From Mobula hypostoma (taxonomy: Eukaryota): a stretch of 64,000 nt of DNA. The position numbers were made by a program, and so were the translations under genes. Under the pieces are notes generated by a model. It was given only the letters and a program-made list of their open reading frames with translations, had not been told where the DNA came from and searched no databases. Location of the stretch: positions 55,430,001 to 55,494,000 of the forward strand of contig NC_086097.1 of the NCBI RefSeq assembly GCF_963921235.1, given 5' to 3'. This document shows positions 1-13,572 of the stretch, in pieces. Each line of letters starts with the position of its first letter. Positions within the stretch are counted from its first letter, which is position 1.

Positions 1-124
1 GGTTTGTCTTTTTTATACCTTTTTAAGTATTTCCATGAAACTTCAGCAAATTTGAGCAGCTGCTTAATTAGGTCAAAATATACTAGTCTCGATGTGATGT
101 GCCCCAGTTAACTGGAATCCACTG
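1..124. mobile_element. Right end of a Tigger/pogo-like DNA transposon remnant
   Basis: Ends ...CCAGTTAACTGGAATCCACTG followed by TA; a similar terminus occurs near 4890-4910. Confidence 0.4.
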
Positions 125-640
125 TATGAGACCAGGAAGTTGTACCAGAGAGGAATACAATACTAGCTGTATAGCTAGTATCTCTGGTCATTTCTGCAGG
201 GGAGATGTGGTTGCACAGGGTTGGTGCAGAAGAGATTTACAAGGGTGATACCGGATTGGTTAGGTTGGAATTGTTTTGTCTGGAATAGAAGCTGAGGGGA
301 GACTGAATTTAGGTGAATTAAAATATGAAATACCTAGTGAGAGTAAATGGAAGGGTAATTAATATTCCCTAGCCCAGGGGTCAAAATTAGAAAGTATTCA
401 TCCAATATAATTGGTAGGAGGATTAGAGGGAGAATGAAGAATCATGCAGGACACTTGACCAAATTCTGGAAGACAGTAATAGGGCTGGATAGCTTATGTT
501 GGGTTAAATGCTTTCCATGTTTTAACTTTATATGAATCTGTGTTGGATATTTATTGGCAGAATTGTAAGATATTTATGTTGAAAACTAAGCATCTTATGT
601 CTAAATTTACACCCTGTTGTAAGATTGTTCCTGAGACATA

Positions 641-2225
641 TAGTGGCTATAAAAAGTATTCACCTCCCCCCCACCCGAAGTTTTCATGTTTTATTGTTTT
701 ACAACGTTGAATCACAGTGGATTTAATTTGGCCTTTTTGACACTGATCAACAGAAAAAGTCTCTTTCATGTCAAAGTGAAAATAGATCTCTACAAAGTGA
801 TCTAAATTAATTATAAATATAAAACCAAAATAATTGATTGCATAAATATTCGCCCCCCCCCCTTTAATATGACACACCAAATAATCACTGGTGCAGGCAA
901 CTGGTTTTAGAACTCACATAATTAGTTAAATGGAGATTTGTTCTTAGAGACCTATGTGCAGTCAAGGTGTTTCAATTGATTGTAGTAAAAATACACCTGT
1001 ATCTGGAAAGACCAACTGCTGGTGAGTCAGTATGCTGGCAATAACCATGAAAACAAAAGAACACTCAGTGCAACTCTGCGAAAAGGTTATTGAAAAGTAT
1101 AAGTCTGGAGATGGATACAAGAAAATTTCCAAGTCACCGACTATCCTTTTGAATACAGTTAAGTCAGCCATCAAGAAATGGAAAGAATGTGGCACAGCTG
1201 TAAATTTGTTTAGAACAGGCTATCCTCAAAAACTGAGTGACCATGCAAGAAGGGGACTAGTGAGGGTGGTCACCAAGTTACGTGTGCCAACTCTGGAAGA
1301 GTTACAAGCCTGAGTGGCTGATACGTGAGAGACTGTGCATACAACTGTTGCTCGGGCGCTTCACCAGTCGCAGTCTTATGGGAGAGTGGCAAAGGGAAAG
1401 CCATTGTTGAAAAAACTCACATGAATTCTCAGCTAGAGTTTGTCAAGAAGGCATGTGGGAGACTCTGAAGTCAGCTGGAAGAAAGTTCTTTAGTCTGATG
1501 AAACCAAAATCAAGCTTTTTGGCCATCAGACTGAATGCGTAAGCTAAATACCACACATCATCAAAAACTCACCATTCCTTCCGTGAAGTATGGTGGTGGC
1601 TGCATCATGCTGTGAGGATGCCTCACTGCAGCAGGCTGTGGAAGGCTTGTAAAGGTAGAGGCTAAAATAAATGCAGCAAAATACAGGAAAATGCTGGAGG
1701 AAAACCTGATGTAGTCTGCAAGGGAACTGTGATTTGGGAGATTTGTTTTCCAGCAAGACAATGACCACAAGCTTAAAGCCGAGATATGCAAGAATAGCTT
1801 ATAAACAACAAAGTTAATGTCCTGGAGTGGCCAAGTCAGAGCCCAGACCTCAATCCAATTGAGAATTTGTGGCTGGACTTGAAAAGAAGTGTTCACTCAT
1901 GATCCCCATACATCTGACTTGAATAGCTTGAACAGTTTTACAAATAAGAATGTGGAAAATTGCAATGCCCAGATGTGCAAAGTTGATGGAGACTTATCCA
2001 CGCTGTTATTGGTGCCGAAAGTGCATCTCCTAATTACTGACTCGAAGGGGGTGAATACTTATGCAATCAATTATTTTGCATTTTATATTGTAATTAATCT
2101 GTTTTCACTTTGACACAAAATAATGTTTTTCTGTTGATTAGTGTAAAAAAAAACCCAAATTAAATCCACTAGAACAACAAAACATGGAAACTTCCGGGGG
2201 GTTGGGGGTGTATAAAGAGCCATAC
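641..2225 (+). mobile_element. Tc1-family transposon (long IR/DR-type ends) with decayed transposase at ~1047-2040
   Basis: ~200-bp terminal inverted repeats with AAGTATTCACC / GGTGAATACTT repeats. MKTKEHS...GYKKISK N-terminus; SDETK, FQQDND and [15 protein letters not shown] catalytic motifs, broken by stops and frameshifts. Confidence 0.92.
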
Positions 2226-2280
2226 AGTGCATAACAGATTAGTTCCCTTGAGATGTCCGGGGCTGATGTAGAGATGTTTT

Positions 2281-2360
2281 ACTGTTTACTGCAATTAATC
2301 ATGCAGTAATTAATTATTAATTAATCATTAACTAATGCATGATTAATTGCAGTAAACAGT
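2281..2360. repeat. 80-bp near-perfect loopless palindrome
   Basis: 2281-2305 is the exact reverse complement of 2336-2360; the inner 15+15 nt have 3 mismatches. Confidence 0.95.
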
Positions 2361-5300
2361 GAGATGACTTTGCATTAGCTGTGGCAACAGTAGTTTTCTT
2401 CTAAGATCTTCATATGATAATCAAGTTGTTAAGCAAAGAGTAACATGAAGGACTGACATTGTAGAGCTGTTGATTAGCTGCTAATTTTAATCCTTTGCAC
2501 ACACACTTAAATACTTATTTCAAAGGATTGGCAAATGTTACTTTACATCACAAATCTAATAACTCTAGCCCTTTAATGAAGCAAACAACTTCTCCTTGAT
2601 TAGGGATAGTTACTGTATATTTCTTATATCTGGCTTCCCTCAAGGGCCCTGTTTAGCTAATTATTTAAGATAAGCCTGTATTAACTATCAACCTAACCAA
2701 CTCAACTGTATTGACAGCAGAGTCTGTCTTTCCCTTATCTGCATCCAAGCTAGTGTGACAAGTTCCTTAATTTCTGAGTAAAATATCATCTGGCTTTGTC
2801 TGGATACCAGATATTGCATTTGGAGATGTAAACTCATTTGTTGAAGCTTATGAGGAATGCTAATTCCTTTGCTTGTATATTACGTCCTTCTCTGTCCACA
2901 GTGTCTTGAATATTATTAAAATATTATGGAATTGATATTTTCATACCGTGAATATCCTATTTTATCTAACGGTTGTTGTACCAACTAACACACAGCTTAA
3001 TTTTCAATACATAATAATGAATTGAAAACTTTAACTTAGATGCCCTAACGTTTGATAGAAAAATCTGTACCGCAAGATTACAATTGAGCTGAATATAGAT
3101 GGGTCTGTTGGGAGTTGGAAGAGATTATGGAGGAGGGAGAGAGAGTGAAATTGTATTGGTTGTAATAGATTTTGGTGGTCTGGTCCATTAATGGTAGGGA
3201 GGTTGACAGATTAGTGAGAGGCTTCAAAGCAACCAAATATTCCTACTAAGAGTGTTATTGAACTAACAAAAATTGTGAAACCAGGATTATATTTAGTGGC
3301 ATTAAATAGGAATAGAGGCTGTTTATAAAATTAAATTTCTGGATCTGTTAGTTACTGGAAATGTCAGTGCAATAAACACTGGTAAATTTGGTAAATTGGT
3401 AAATTTGAGCCATCTTCTTGTAACACCTTGAAGACATCTTCAAGTCATGTTGCAGCTGTATAAAGCCATCATCAGGCCACATTTGGAGTATAGTGTTCAT
3501 TTCTGATTACCACATTACAGGAAGGATGTGGACATTTTGGAGAGGGTTCTGATGAGACTCACCAAATTGCTGCTTGTACTAGAGAGTATTGGTACTCATT
3601 TAATCTGGTAAATGAGACCTTGAATGCACAAGAATGCATGAAGCTGCAGAGTAGTGTACTCAGCCCAGTATATCACAACATATCCCTCCCTACCATCGAT
3701 AAAAAACTACATGAGGCACTGACTCAAGAAAGTGGCATCTATTATCAAAAATCTCCACCATACCATCTTATTGCAGATCAAGCAGCATTTGTGGAGGCAA
3801 AGGGATAGTCAATATTTTGGGCTGTAACACTGTATCAGGACTCTAACTCAATCATTGGAGCAGTGCATTTTGTTACTGCTACACAGAATAGACACTGGTG
3901 CAGAAAATGAATGTGTGGGGTCAAGGCCAGTCATGTGACCTAATTTGTCTTTAATGATGTTGACTGTCCTTAGAGATTTGGTTCTGCACCCATACAGCCA
4001 AGTGGAAAGGTTCCATTATCCTTTTGACTTGTGCCTTGTAGATGGCAGAGAGGCCATGGGCTGTAAGGAGGTGAGTCACTTGCTGCAGAATACTGAGTTT
4101 CTGACCATTATAACCACAATATTTGTATAGTTGGTCTGATTGGATTTCTGGTCAGTGGTAATCCTCACATACTAATAATAGGGCAACTCAGCGATGGTAA
4201 TCCATTGAATGTCAAGAATAGATTGTTCATCATTGTCTTGCACTGTTGTACTGAGAATGCCATTGGCCACTTCTTAGCCTATACCCAACATTTTACCTCA
4301 TGGAGGTATGAGCTGCTTCATACGTTAAGGGATTGTGAATAGAATTGCCATTAGCCACAGATGAAAAGTCAGAAAGATTTTCCTGAATCCTTGCCTTTTT
4401 GGTTAACTTCCATGCCTAGTTATTTATAACACAGGTGATTAGCTGATCCAGCTGGCTCAAAATCAGCTTTTTACTCCAGGTAAAAACACACTGTCCTCTT
4501 GGTAGTGGTTGTGATACAAAATTATTTTTAGGTCCTTCTAATAGTGCAGTTTGAAACAACGAATGTGTCAAACTGTTGACAAATGCATTATTAATTATTG
4601 TGCCATTTTGAACCCAATGCTGTTTTAATGTGAACATAATCTCCAGAGGGACACTGAAGCTAGTTTTATTCAACAAAAATCAGCAGCAGGCATCATATTG
4701 AAACCCTTTTGGAGGAAGACGCTTGTTCAATCAATACTACATGACGTTTTACATGCTGAAGATCAAAGAAAAATTCTATATTTACAATGTATCTACGATG
4801 CTTCCCTTGGATTACATATAATTTTTACTCCTCCTTCATCATCCCATACTCTAAATACCCAAGATGAATGTTAATCAGCAGTCTGGTTTTCAATTAACTG
4901 GAGTCCACAGTTTAAGGAAACTATTGTCCAATCTTGCATTTTAAATTTAATCTACAATTCACATTCAGGTCTAAAGATTGGTTGCTGAAGTTAATCTTTT
5001 GCTGTTATCTTAATTCTAGAATACGTCCTAACACATGTTAAAACTTTGTATCTTGGAAAAAGAAGACTGTATTGATGCTAATCAATTTTTTTTGCAATAT
5101 CCTTGAAACTTTAGGTTCTATGATATGTCATCTGAGTGCTACTGGACTGGAGATATAGCAGGCTGTGGGTAAATCAATACAAGGGGAGAAATCTATGTGA
5201 AATCTATTCAGAACTGTTTTGCCTGAAGTAACCAATACACAACCCTTGTGATGGTCGAGTGCTGTCATCATATGACGACATCTCTTTTTGCATTACCTTA

Positions 5301-6043
5301 TGTTATCTTGCCAAAAGGATAGATTCAGATCTAATCTAGCATCTTAAATTTGCACATAAATGAGCTGCAGTAAACAATGCTCTAAATCTATTTCACTGCC
5401 TGATACATTCCACATTCTGCTGCAAAAGGGAAACCAATACTTTTTCAGTAAGTTGATCATCCATGGAACACATTTGAAGTACCTGTAAATGAGATGCTAT
5501 CCCAGTAAGGCTACAGTACAGGAGTACGTGCATACTGAGCAGCACACTGTGTGTAGAGCCGTTGATCCAGTGGATCAGATTAAAGTTCTGCAGTTCAGGC
5601 AGGTCATGAAGACCGGTGGTAACTAAATAGCTAACGTGAAGGGACGGTTTCATAGATATATTATTAATGATATGACTAACCTGTCTAACCATCTTCAGGC
5701 AAAAGATAAAGCATTTCATCCTCCTGTTGAGGCTCACTATTCACAGCTGCAAGTCTTCAGTCAATTTAAGTCATTCAATTATATAACAAGAAACAGTACA
5801 TGTATTTAAGTAAATGTAAGATTCAGCTGTTTTACAATACCTTGCAAATACAGCTTTTAGTATTATAATGCTAATGTGAAGAGGGTATTCTTTAGAGTAT
5901 TCTATTACATTTCAGTGGCATGAATTGTACCTGACCAATTGTAACAAACTTATGAAGTACAAGTCTTTCCAATTGTACAGTTGGTTAAGTTTTGGCAAAT
6001 GTAATAAATGGTAGTTTATATGTAACACCTGTTTCATTCACAG

Positions 6044-6173
6044 ATACAACGGTTCTCTTCCAAATGGAGACAGGGGCCGCAGGAAAAGCAGATTTGCACT
6101 TTTTAAACGATCAAGAGCTAATGGAGTCAAGCCCAGTACAGTGCATGTTATTTCCACTCCCCAGGCTTCTAAG
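6044..6173 (+). CDS. PELI2: Pellino-2 E3 ubiquitin ligase, coding exon (130 nt; N-terminal FHA region)
   Basis: ttcacag|ATAC...TCTAAG|gtatgt. Translates (G)YNGSLPNGDRGRRKSRFALFKRSRANGVKPSTVHVISTPQASK; VISTPQASK is PELI2-like rather than PELI1-like. Confidence 0.96.
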
Positions 6174-6779
6174 GTATGTGGTTAGGTGGATTGGTTGAAA
6201 TATACTGTAGTTATTTAAAATGTAGTAGTAGGCTGCATTTTAATTACTAACTTATTTCTTCCCCCCTAAATTATATTTCCTTCTGCTGACTTAAACATTT
6301 TTCAGATACTAGAAATTAGTTTGTGAAGCATTGCATTTTTTGAATGCTGAATTATATGAGTTTTGGTCCTGATGCTGGGGTTTAACCTGAAACACCAACG
6401 ATTCCTTTCCTTTGACAGATGCTACTTAACTGAACAGTTCTTTCAGCAGATTGTTTGTTGCTCTACATTCCATTATTTGCAATCTCATATCTCTCATTTG
6501 AACTACTATGTTTTTAAAAATGTTAGTCATAGGAACATTGTTATTCTGTTCATGTTGGAAACAGTAGCCAGGAATCCATCAGATGATGATTGTATGTTCT
6601 TAGATCCTATCTTTCAAAGCATGCAGGGAACAACTTTCTTACCTCTAGCTTTTGGAAAATCAATATAATTAAAAGTTAGGTCTTTCCTATGTTAGTGGCT
6701 ATAGAAATCTGCATCGGTGCCTAGATTGTCTCCTAATATAGGTCATGGTCACTGTCATAATGAACTTTCTAGCCTTTAG

Positions 6780-7270
6780 GTAATTTTAAACTGAATGACT
6801 AGTCTCAGCTAAGTATCATAGTTGGATGCACTCTGCTGCATTGAAGAGGCAACTGAAGCTGATTGTTCACTTTCCCTCGAGCAGAGACTTATTTCTGGTG
6901 CCACGTGCTAGTGAATATAGGAAAAGGGCAAGTGCCTGGTTGAAGAGATGGTGCAGAAGGAAGGTCTTTAGAATTCTGGATCACTGTTACCATTCGTAGG
7001 GAAGTTGGAACCTGTAAAAGCCAGATTATATATGAACTGCATTTGGTCCAACATCCTTGCGGTTTTAGGGGTGGGGGGTTTCATAGTGTTGTTGGGGAGG
7101 CTTTAAAATAATGTGGCAGGGATTGATATACAGAGTACGAGTGTATTTTGGGATGAGACAAATATAGAAAGAAAAATAATTCAATTTAGTAGGCACACGA
7201 GAGGAATGTGAGGCTGGGCCGTATCCATTTCAACACAAGGAGCCTAACAAGTATGACAGATGAATTGTTC
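6780..7270 (+). mobile_element. Old CR1-like LINE fragment (ORF1 esterase-like region)
   Basis: Degenerate WLKRWCRRK...RILDH-like coding near 6935-6985. Confidence 0.45.
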
Positions 7271-7655
7271 CTAAGCTCCACCTGTATGGCTTCTTGCTTC
7301 AGTAGTGTGTGACATGGATAGCAATCCTGTGATCACCACCCTGGTCTTTTAATTAAACACCTCACTCCCTAAACTCACTTTGCAGGAGCTCATTATTCCT
7401 ACTACTAGATATAAAACATATTTGTATGCTATAGAGGACACCATATGACTGCCACTTTATGGTGTTCTCTGTTGTAAGTTGGAGGAAGTCCATTTTAACC
7501 TGGAAAATCTGTATGGGTCCCTGGAAAATGAAAGGGTATTTGTCATAGAGCAATGCAGCACAAAAGAAGGCCCATCAGTCCAATGTAGCCATGCCGATCA
7601 AGATGCCCATTAAGCTGGTTCCATTTGCCTGCATTTGGCCAATGTTCTTCTAAAC

Positions 7656-10600
7656 CAATGATTCCCAAACTTTTTTGGGTTTCTGCCCTCTTGGCTCCCA
7701 GACCATTTCCCCAGCATCCCCCTTTCCTTTTCTGGCCATTACATAAAAACGGTAAAGAATTTTGATTTGCAGTACACAGTGAAAGAAAATAGTGACTGAA
7801 AATTCAAAGCAATGACAAATAATTGCAAATATTATTCAAACATATTTAAATCTACAAATACATTTATTTATTTTATTTAATTACAGTAAAGACAATTTTC
7901 ATTAACGATTCTAGAGTATCCATTAGTAGTTCAACTATTTACTGCTGCATTGCTTTTACACCTTTGAATGAGATGGATGGGTTTGGTGCAGTGGTATCAG
8001 CCTCTCAGCATTAGGCTGAATGTCACTCAGAAGGAGTCTTAGATCCTCACGTTCAGTGATTTGCAGTTTGTTTCATTGCTTTGAAAGAAGTTGGGCGACT
8101 GCACTGAAGCTGTACTCCACTAAATATGATGTTGAAAAGGCAATGAAGTACACCTAGACCCTTTTCAGTGCAGTCACAGGGTAGCGTTCAAAGATTTTCT
8201 TTCTGTAAGCAAAAGTCTTGATATGATTTTTTCGATCTGTGGCTTTAGCTCAAAGTAATTTTGTAGCGAGATCAATTCTTCCATTCTCCTGTTAATTCCT
8301 TATTTATAAGTGTTCAGGAATGGATTTATTACCCATTCTCGAATTTGGATCAAGAGAAGATCCTGAAATCTCTTTGACATGTCTTTATGCACCACACCCA
8401 GGTGGGCACAATATACTCGAAGATTGTCATCTGGTATTCTTTTTTCACTTCCAACTCAGGCTGGAAATTGGAAAAGATCATGTTGGCCAATGTTGCACTT
8501 AAATAGGATTAACATGGACAGAAATGTGGAGATGACTGATTTGACTTTGATAAGTATCTCACCATTTCCTTGCAAATGAAAATTGATTTAATTAAACCTT
8601 GAATAATTCTGACAAATAAGCAATATCATGCTTGATGTTCTTAAGTTGATTACTGAATGAAGCAGTTGAGTCTTCAAAGAATTTTAAAGCGTCTCAGGCT
8701 GTTTCATTTTGAGAGCGATCTGATTTCTGATTTTATTTACTGCTGTGATAACAGAATTTAATCATTTGTGCAGCCAATCACTTTGGTCTTTTACAACAAG
8801 ATGTCTGTGAACTACACAGTTAGGTACAGGTTTTTTTCAAGAAAGTAATGAGTCCATGGTGGCACCTTGTCATTGATGGTGCCCCATCTGTTGCACCAGC
8901 AAGAATCTTGGTGAGTGAAATGTAAGTCTCTTTGAAAAATTGTTCAACAACCCAAAATATTGATTTAGTATTTATTTATAGTCCCCTTGAAATAAGTCTT
9001 GAACCATGCTTTCATCTGTTATGAAGTGAACATAACTAAGAAGCAAAGATTTGTTCCTCGGCAAAGTTGATTCATCCAATTGCAGAACAAATTCTTTTGT
9101 CCTAAATACAGGTGTCCCCCGCTTTTTGAACGTTCGCTTTACGAAACCTCACTGTTACGAAAGACCTACATTAGTACCCTGTTTTCGCTTTCAGAAGGTG
9201 TTTTCACTGTTACGAAAAAAAATTCAGCGCGCGATAAAAGGCAGCATGCCCCGAGCAGCCGCTCTCCCCCAGATTCGGAACTGCTTTGCTTTAACATGTG
9301 CCTGTGAGCAGCCGTTTGCAAGATGAGTTCTATGGTATCGGAAAAGCCTGAAAGAGCTCGTAAGGGTGTTACACTTACGGTAAAACTAGACATAATTAAG
9401 CGTTTTGATCGTGGTGAACGAAGTAAGGACAACGTGAGTTTGGCTTGTGGAAGCTGACGAACATGATATTGAAGAGGTTTTGGCATCCCATCACCAAGAA
9501 CTGACAGACGAAGAGCTGATGCAATTGGAAGAGAAAAGGATAACAATCGAAACCGAATGAGTAATGATAAAGTACGACTTTAATCTTGAAAGGGTACGTT
9601 GGTTTAGGGGATATTTGCAGGATGGTTTGAGTCCTTATTAAAGAACTGTGTCATAGAAAAATGCGCGAGGCTCAGCAGTCAAGCAAGCCTTCCACATCAG
9701 CCACAGCAGACGATGAACCTCGACCTTCGACATCGAGGCGAGCAGAGATAGAAGAAGAGCTGCCTGCTCTAATGGAAACAGGCGACGAGATGACACCCCA
9801 GTGTCCCACCACCCCAACCCCCAGGCCACAGACAGATACCGATTCGCGGAGAATGCAAAGGTAGCCGGGAGGCACACAGCACATCTTTAAGAAAAAAGCC
9901 GAAATAAACATGCTAATTAACTAGGAGCCGCTGACACATAATTGTCGACCCAGATCAGAGACGACGCAATCGGAAATCGGCACTGATCTGGGCCGACAAT
10001 TACGGGTGACACCTAATTAATTAGCCTGTTTGTTTCGGCTTTTTTCTTAAAGATGTGCTGTGTACCTCCTGGCTACCGCTGGACCCCTGCGTTCTTCACG
10101 GCAATGTATCGCTCAGCGGCCCGGAGGGTGGGGGGCCACTGCACCACCCCAGCCTGCGACAAGTCTAACACACCATCATCAGTGTGCTCGGTGCTGTCTT
10201 CCCGATTCCCGTAAGTGATACTACACTGTACATACATTATTTCTACTTTATATAGGCTGTGTATTTTTACGTGTTATTTGGTATGATTTGGCAGCTTCAT
10301 AGCTTAAAGATTACTGGAGAGCGCTTGCGCGTGTTTCTGCCGAGAGCGCTTGCATGAGATTTTCTGCTAACGGCGCTTGCGTGCGATTTTCGCTACAGAG
10401 AGCAGTGCAGTAATGATTGTGGAAAAGTATTTCTACTTTATATAGGCTGTGTATTTATCATATCATTCCTGCTTTTACTATATGTTACTGTTATTTTAGT
10501 TTTTATGTGTTGTTTGGCATGATTTGGTAGGTTATTTTTGGGTCTGCGAATGCTCACAAAATTTTCCCACATAAATAAATGGTAATTGCTTCTTCGCTTT

Positions 10601-11149
10601 ATGACATTTCAGCTTATGAACCATTTCACAGGAACGCTTTACCTTTGGATGGCGGGGGAAACCTGTACACTGTACGATGTGCCTTCTACATTCTCAGACA
10701 TTTCATCTATTCACCTTTGAACAGAATTGTCATTGAGTGGAATCATTTTAATTATTTGGTCTGGTGACTTGTGCAAAACTGTACTCAGAACTTCTACTGG
10801 CAGAATCAGTTCTTCTCCAATTGTACAGGGCTTTCTGGATTTAACAAAGAGCAATGAAATGTATAAAGCATGTAAACCATTACTGTTTTGTTGTGTAGTG
10901 CTGGCAAAGCAGAGTCTTAGAGAACAGTGGGTTAACAAGAGGTGAAGTGATTATGAAATCATTGTAATTAATTATGAGGCACTGAGATTAAATGCTTATA
11001 ATAAGTGATTCATTTCTTAAATTAAGACTGTAATCCCTCAGCTACTACCCCTTGCTACCAAGCACCCCCCACTGCTCTCTTTATCTTTTTCATCCACTTA
11101 GAAGCTTTCACTGCCCGGGGGGTATTATCACCCATGTGGGGAACCACCT
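7656..11149 (-). mobile_element. hAT (Buster/Charlie-like) transposon with decayed transposase, interrupted by a Tigger-like element
   Basis: Ends CAATGATTCCCA... / ...GGGAACCACCT; 8-bp TSD TTCTAAAC (7648-7655) / TTCTAAGC (11150-11157). Minus-strand remnants KPCTIGEELILP, LQLDESTLP and C-terminal HQTHPSH. Confidence 0.88.
9109..10665 (+). mobile_element. Non-autonomous Tigger/pogo-like element, copy 1
   Basis: TA-flanked; TIR CAGGTGTCCCCCGC / GCGGGGGAAACCTG. CENP-B-like N-terminus (ARKGVTLTVKLDIIKRFDRGE) joined to a C-terminal remnant (EVLASHHQELTDEELMQL); DDE region absent; internal hairpin. Confidence 0.92.
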
Positions 11150-11589
11150 TTCTAAGCGTTTCCAATCCATGTACCTGACCATGTGTCTTTTAAATGTCGT
11201 TATACTATGGTTACAATGAGGGCTAATATGAGAAAGGGAACAAATAGAGAGTGAAGGGAGAAAATGGATGCCAAGGAAAGAATAGTTTTTTAAAAATTCT
11301 AAAATATGAGTAAGGTGGGGAGGTGTTGTTGAGGGGAAGATGTGCCTGGTAATAGCATGTTAGTGAAAGTTCCAGAAATTATGGTGGATGATCTGGTGAA
11401 TATAGAGGCGGACATGGGGGAATATGTGGACAAAGAGAACTTTCTCCTTGTTCAGTTTGGGGAGAGAGGAGATGAGTGCAGATATATAGGAAATGGAACA
11501 GGCATGGTTATAAGCCTCGTCGGCTATGAGGGACAACAAATGGTAGTTAAGGAAAACCTGTCAAACGCACTAATGGAATCAGGTTTATT

Positions 11590-12420
11590 ATCAGTGATAT
11601 CGATCAATAAAACTCAGTAATATTTATTTTCTTATTCTCAGCATTATTCATTTATTTTTGTATTTGCACAGTTTCGTGTTCTTTTGCATGTTGCTCATTT
11701 GTCAGTCTTTGTTTATGTGTAGTTTTTCTTTGATTCTATTATGTTTGTTCAACTGTGAATGCCTGCAAGAAAATGAATTCATGCACCCAGAGTAGAGGTA
11801 ACACCTGGCCTCATTGAGGCAAAAGATGAACAGCTTCAGGTGTCTGGGCATCAACATCTCGGAGGATCTATCTTTGGCACAATACTTTGAAGCAATCATG
11901 AAGAAGGCATGTCAGCACTTCTACTTCATTAGGAGTGTGAGAAGATTTGACATGTCACCGAAGGCTTGTTAATATCATAGACGTACACTGGAAAGCATTC
12001 TGACAGGTTGAATCAATGTGTGGCATCAAGGGTCCAATGCACAGGCTGAAGAGAGACTGCAGAGCATTGTAGGCTCAGCCAACTCCATCACAAATTCAAC
12101 CCTCCCAGCATCAAGTAGCTAGTATCCATCATTAAAGACCCACACCATCTGGAATATATCCTCTTCTGTTGACCATCAGAGAGGAGATACTAAGCCAGAG
12201 GGCCCACACTTAATTCTCACCTTTTCCTTCAATGAGGACCAGTATGTTTTCTCTTCACCTCCTCTTCCTGTAGTCCACAGTCAATTCCTTGGTCTTGCTG
12301 ATGTTGAGTGTGAGGCTGTTGTGACGCAACTCAGTCATCCAATCTATCTCACTCCTGTTTGCCTCCTTGTCACCATCTAGATTTTGTCAACAGCAATGAT
12401 GTCATCATCATGATTGTGTC
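11590..12420. mobile_element. Rex1/Babar-like LINE 3' fragments in both orientations
   Basis: FRCLGINISEDL-type coding and CATTCTGACAGG motifs shared with 55500-56180 and 58900-59635. Confidence 0.6.
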
Positions 12421-12994
12421 ACGGTGGCATTGTCAGAATTGGTATGGTGGAGACTGGAAGAATAGAATGAAGCCCTTAGAAGCAGCAGAGTGAGAGGGAG
12501 TGTAGTCAGGATAGCTATAGGACTCAAGGGGTTTGCAGTAAATGAAGGTAGTTCCTGGGTTATAAAGATTTTGTTCTTGAAAACGGATTCTTTCATAAGT
12601 CAGAAACAAATAATTTCATGAGAGTTGATTAACATGGATGTCGTTACCTATTGCCTTCCTCTGTGTGATTACATGGTACTGAATCAGAATGTCCCATATC
12701 CAATGGCAAGTTTCAAAGGTCTTAAAGTATCAACGGGTGTTGCGTTAGTTTGAGTGAAGTATTTTACAAGTGTCGATAGAAGAGAGAGAATACATTGTCA
12801 GTTTCTAAGTCATATTTCTTCAATGGTCCTCTTAAGGATGCAATCTGATTACTGTAGGGGTGTTACATGATATCATTTTTCGAAGACTGGTTGTGTTTTG
12901 AATTAAATAACTGCTACTCTTATTTCATAGTCTGTGAAGCTTTTCTGTAACTAACTTTCCTATCTTGAAAAGTTGTTTCAATGAGATTTACAGG

Positions 12995-13572
12995 AAGATG
13001 TTGTTTCCAGCTTGGCACTGCTGCCTGTCACACCTCCAACAGTGCCCTTAGGTCAGCTACAGGGTCATCAGCAGCTAGGGACCACCGCTCATTGATGCTT
13101 CACTCCTCTAACCGTGGTACATCTCCTGGTAGTGGAGCAGCAGCAGGTACGTCTCCCTGCCACCCCTGCACGTTTTCAAAGGGGTTAGTCGGTCCCCCAG
13201 TTTCTGTCCTTCTGCCTTAGCCACAGCCAAAAGCTGCCCTTTTCTGCCTCTTCAGCCACTTTCTGGTGGCCCTCCTGAGCCTCACTGCCATATCCTAGAA
13301 TAACTTTGTCGTTGATGCACCGATGAAGCCGTGGTATCCTACCTGATGGTCCTCCAGCCAGTTTCCTTACTCTCAGCTGCCAGGTCTGAGTACTTCAACC
13401 TCTTCTGCTTGTGGGCAACCTCCACTCCTTCCTCCCATGGGTTAGTTAACTCGATGAGGACGACTAACTTTGTGTCCATGTGTCACAGTACTCTCTCCAG
13501 GTGAAGAGATGTGGTGGCGATTTCCGTGGGAAAATGTAGCTCTCTGCTGAGATCTGTCCTCTTGTTCCACTC
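12995..13572 (-). mobile_element. HERO-like (restriction-like endonuclease) non-LTR retrotransposon 3' fragment, subfamily C
   Basis: Minus strand FPTEIATTSL...LIELTNPWEEGVEVAHKQKRLKYSDLAAE, followed by a structured 3' UTR. Confidence 0.8.

Noticed and set aside
5393..5737. 114-aa minus-strand ORF in unique-looking intronic DNA
   Set aside because: No recognisable motif in any frame and no splice support.
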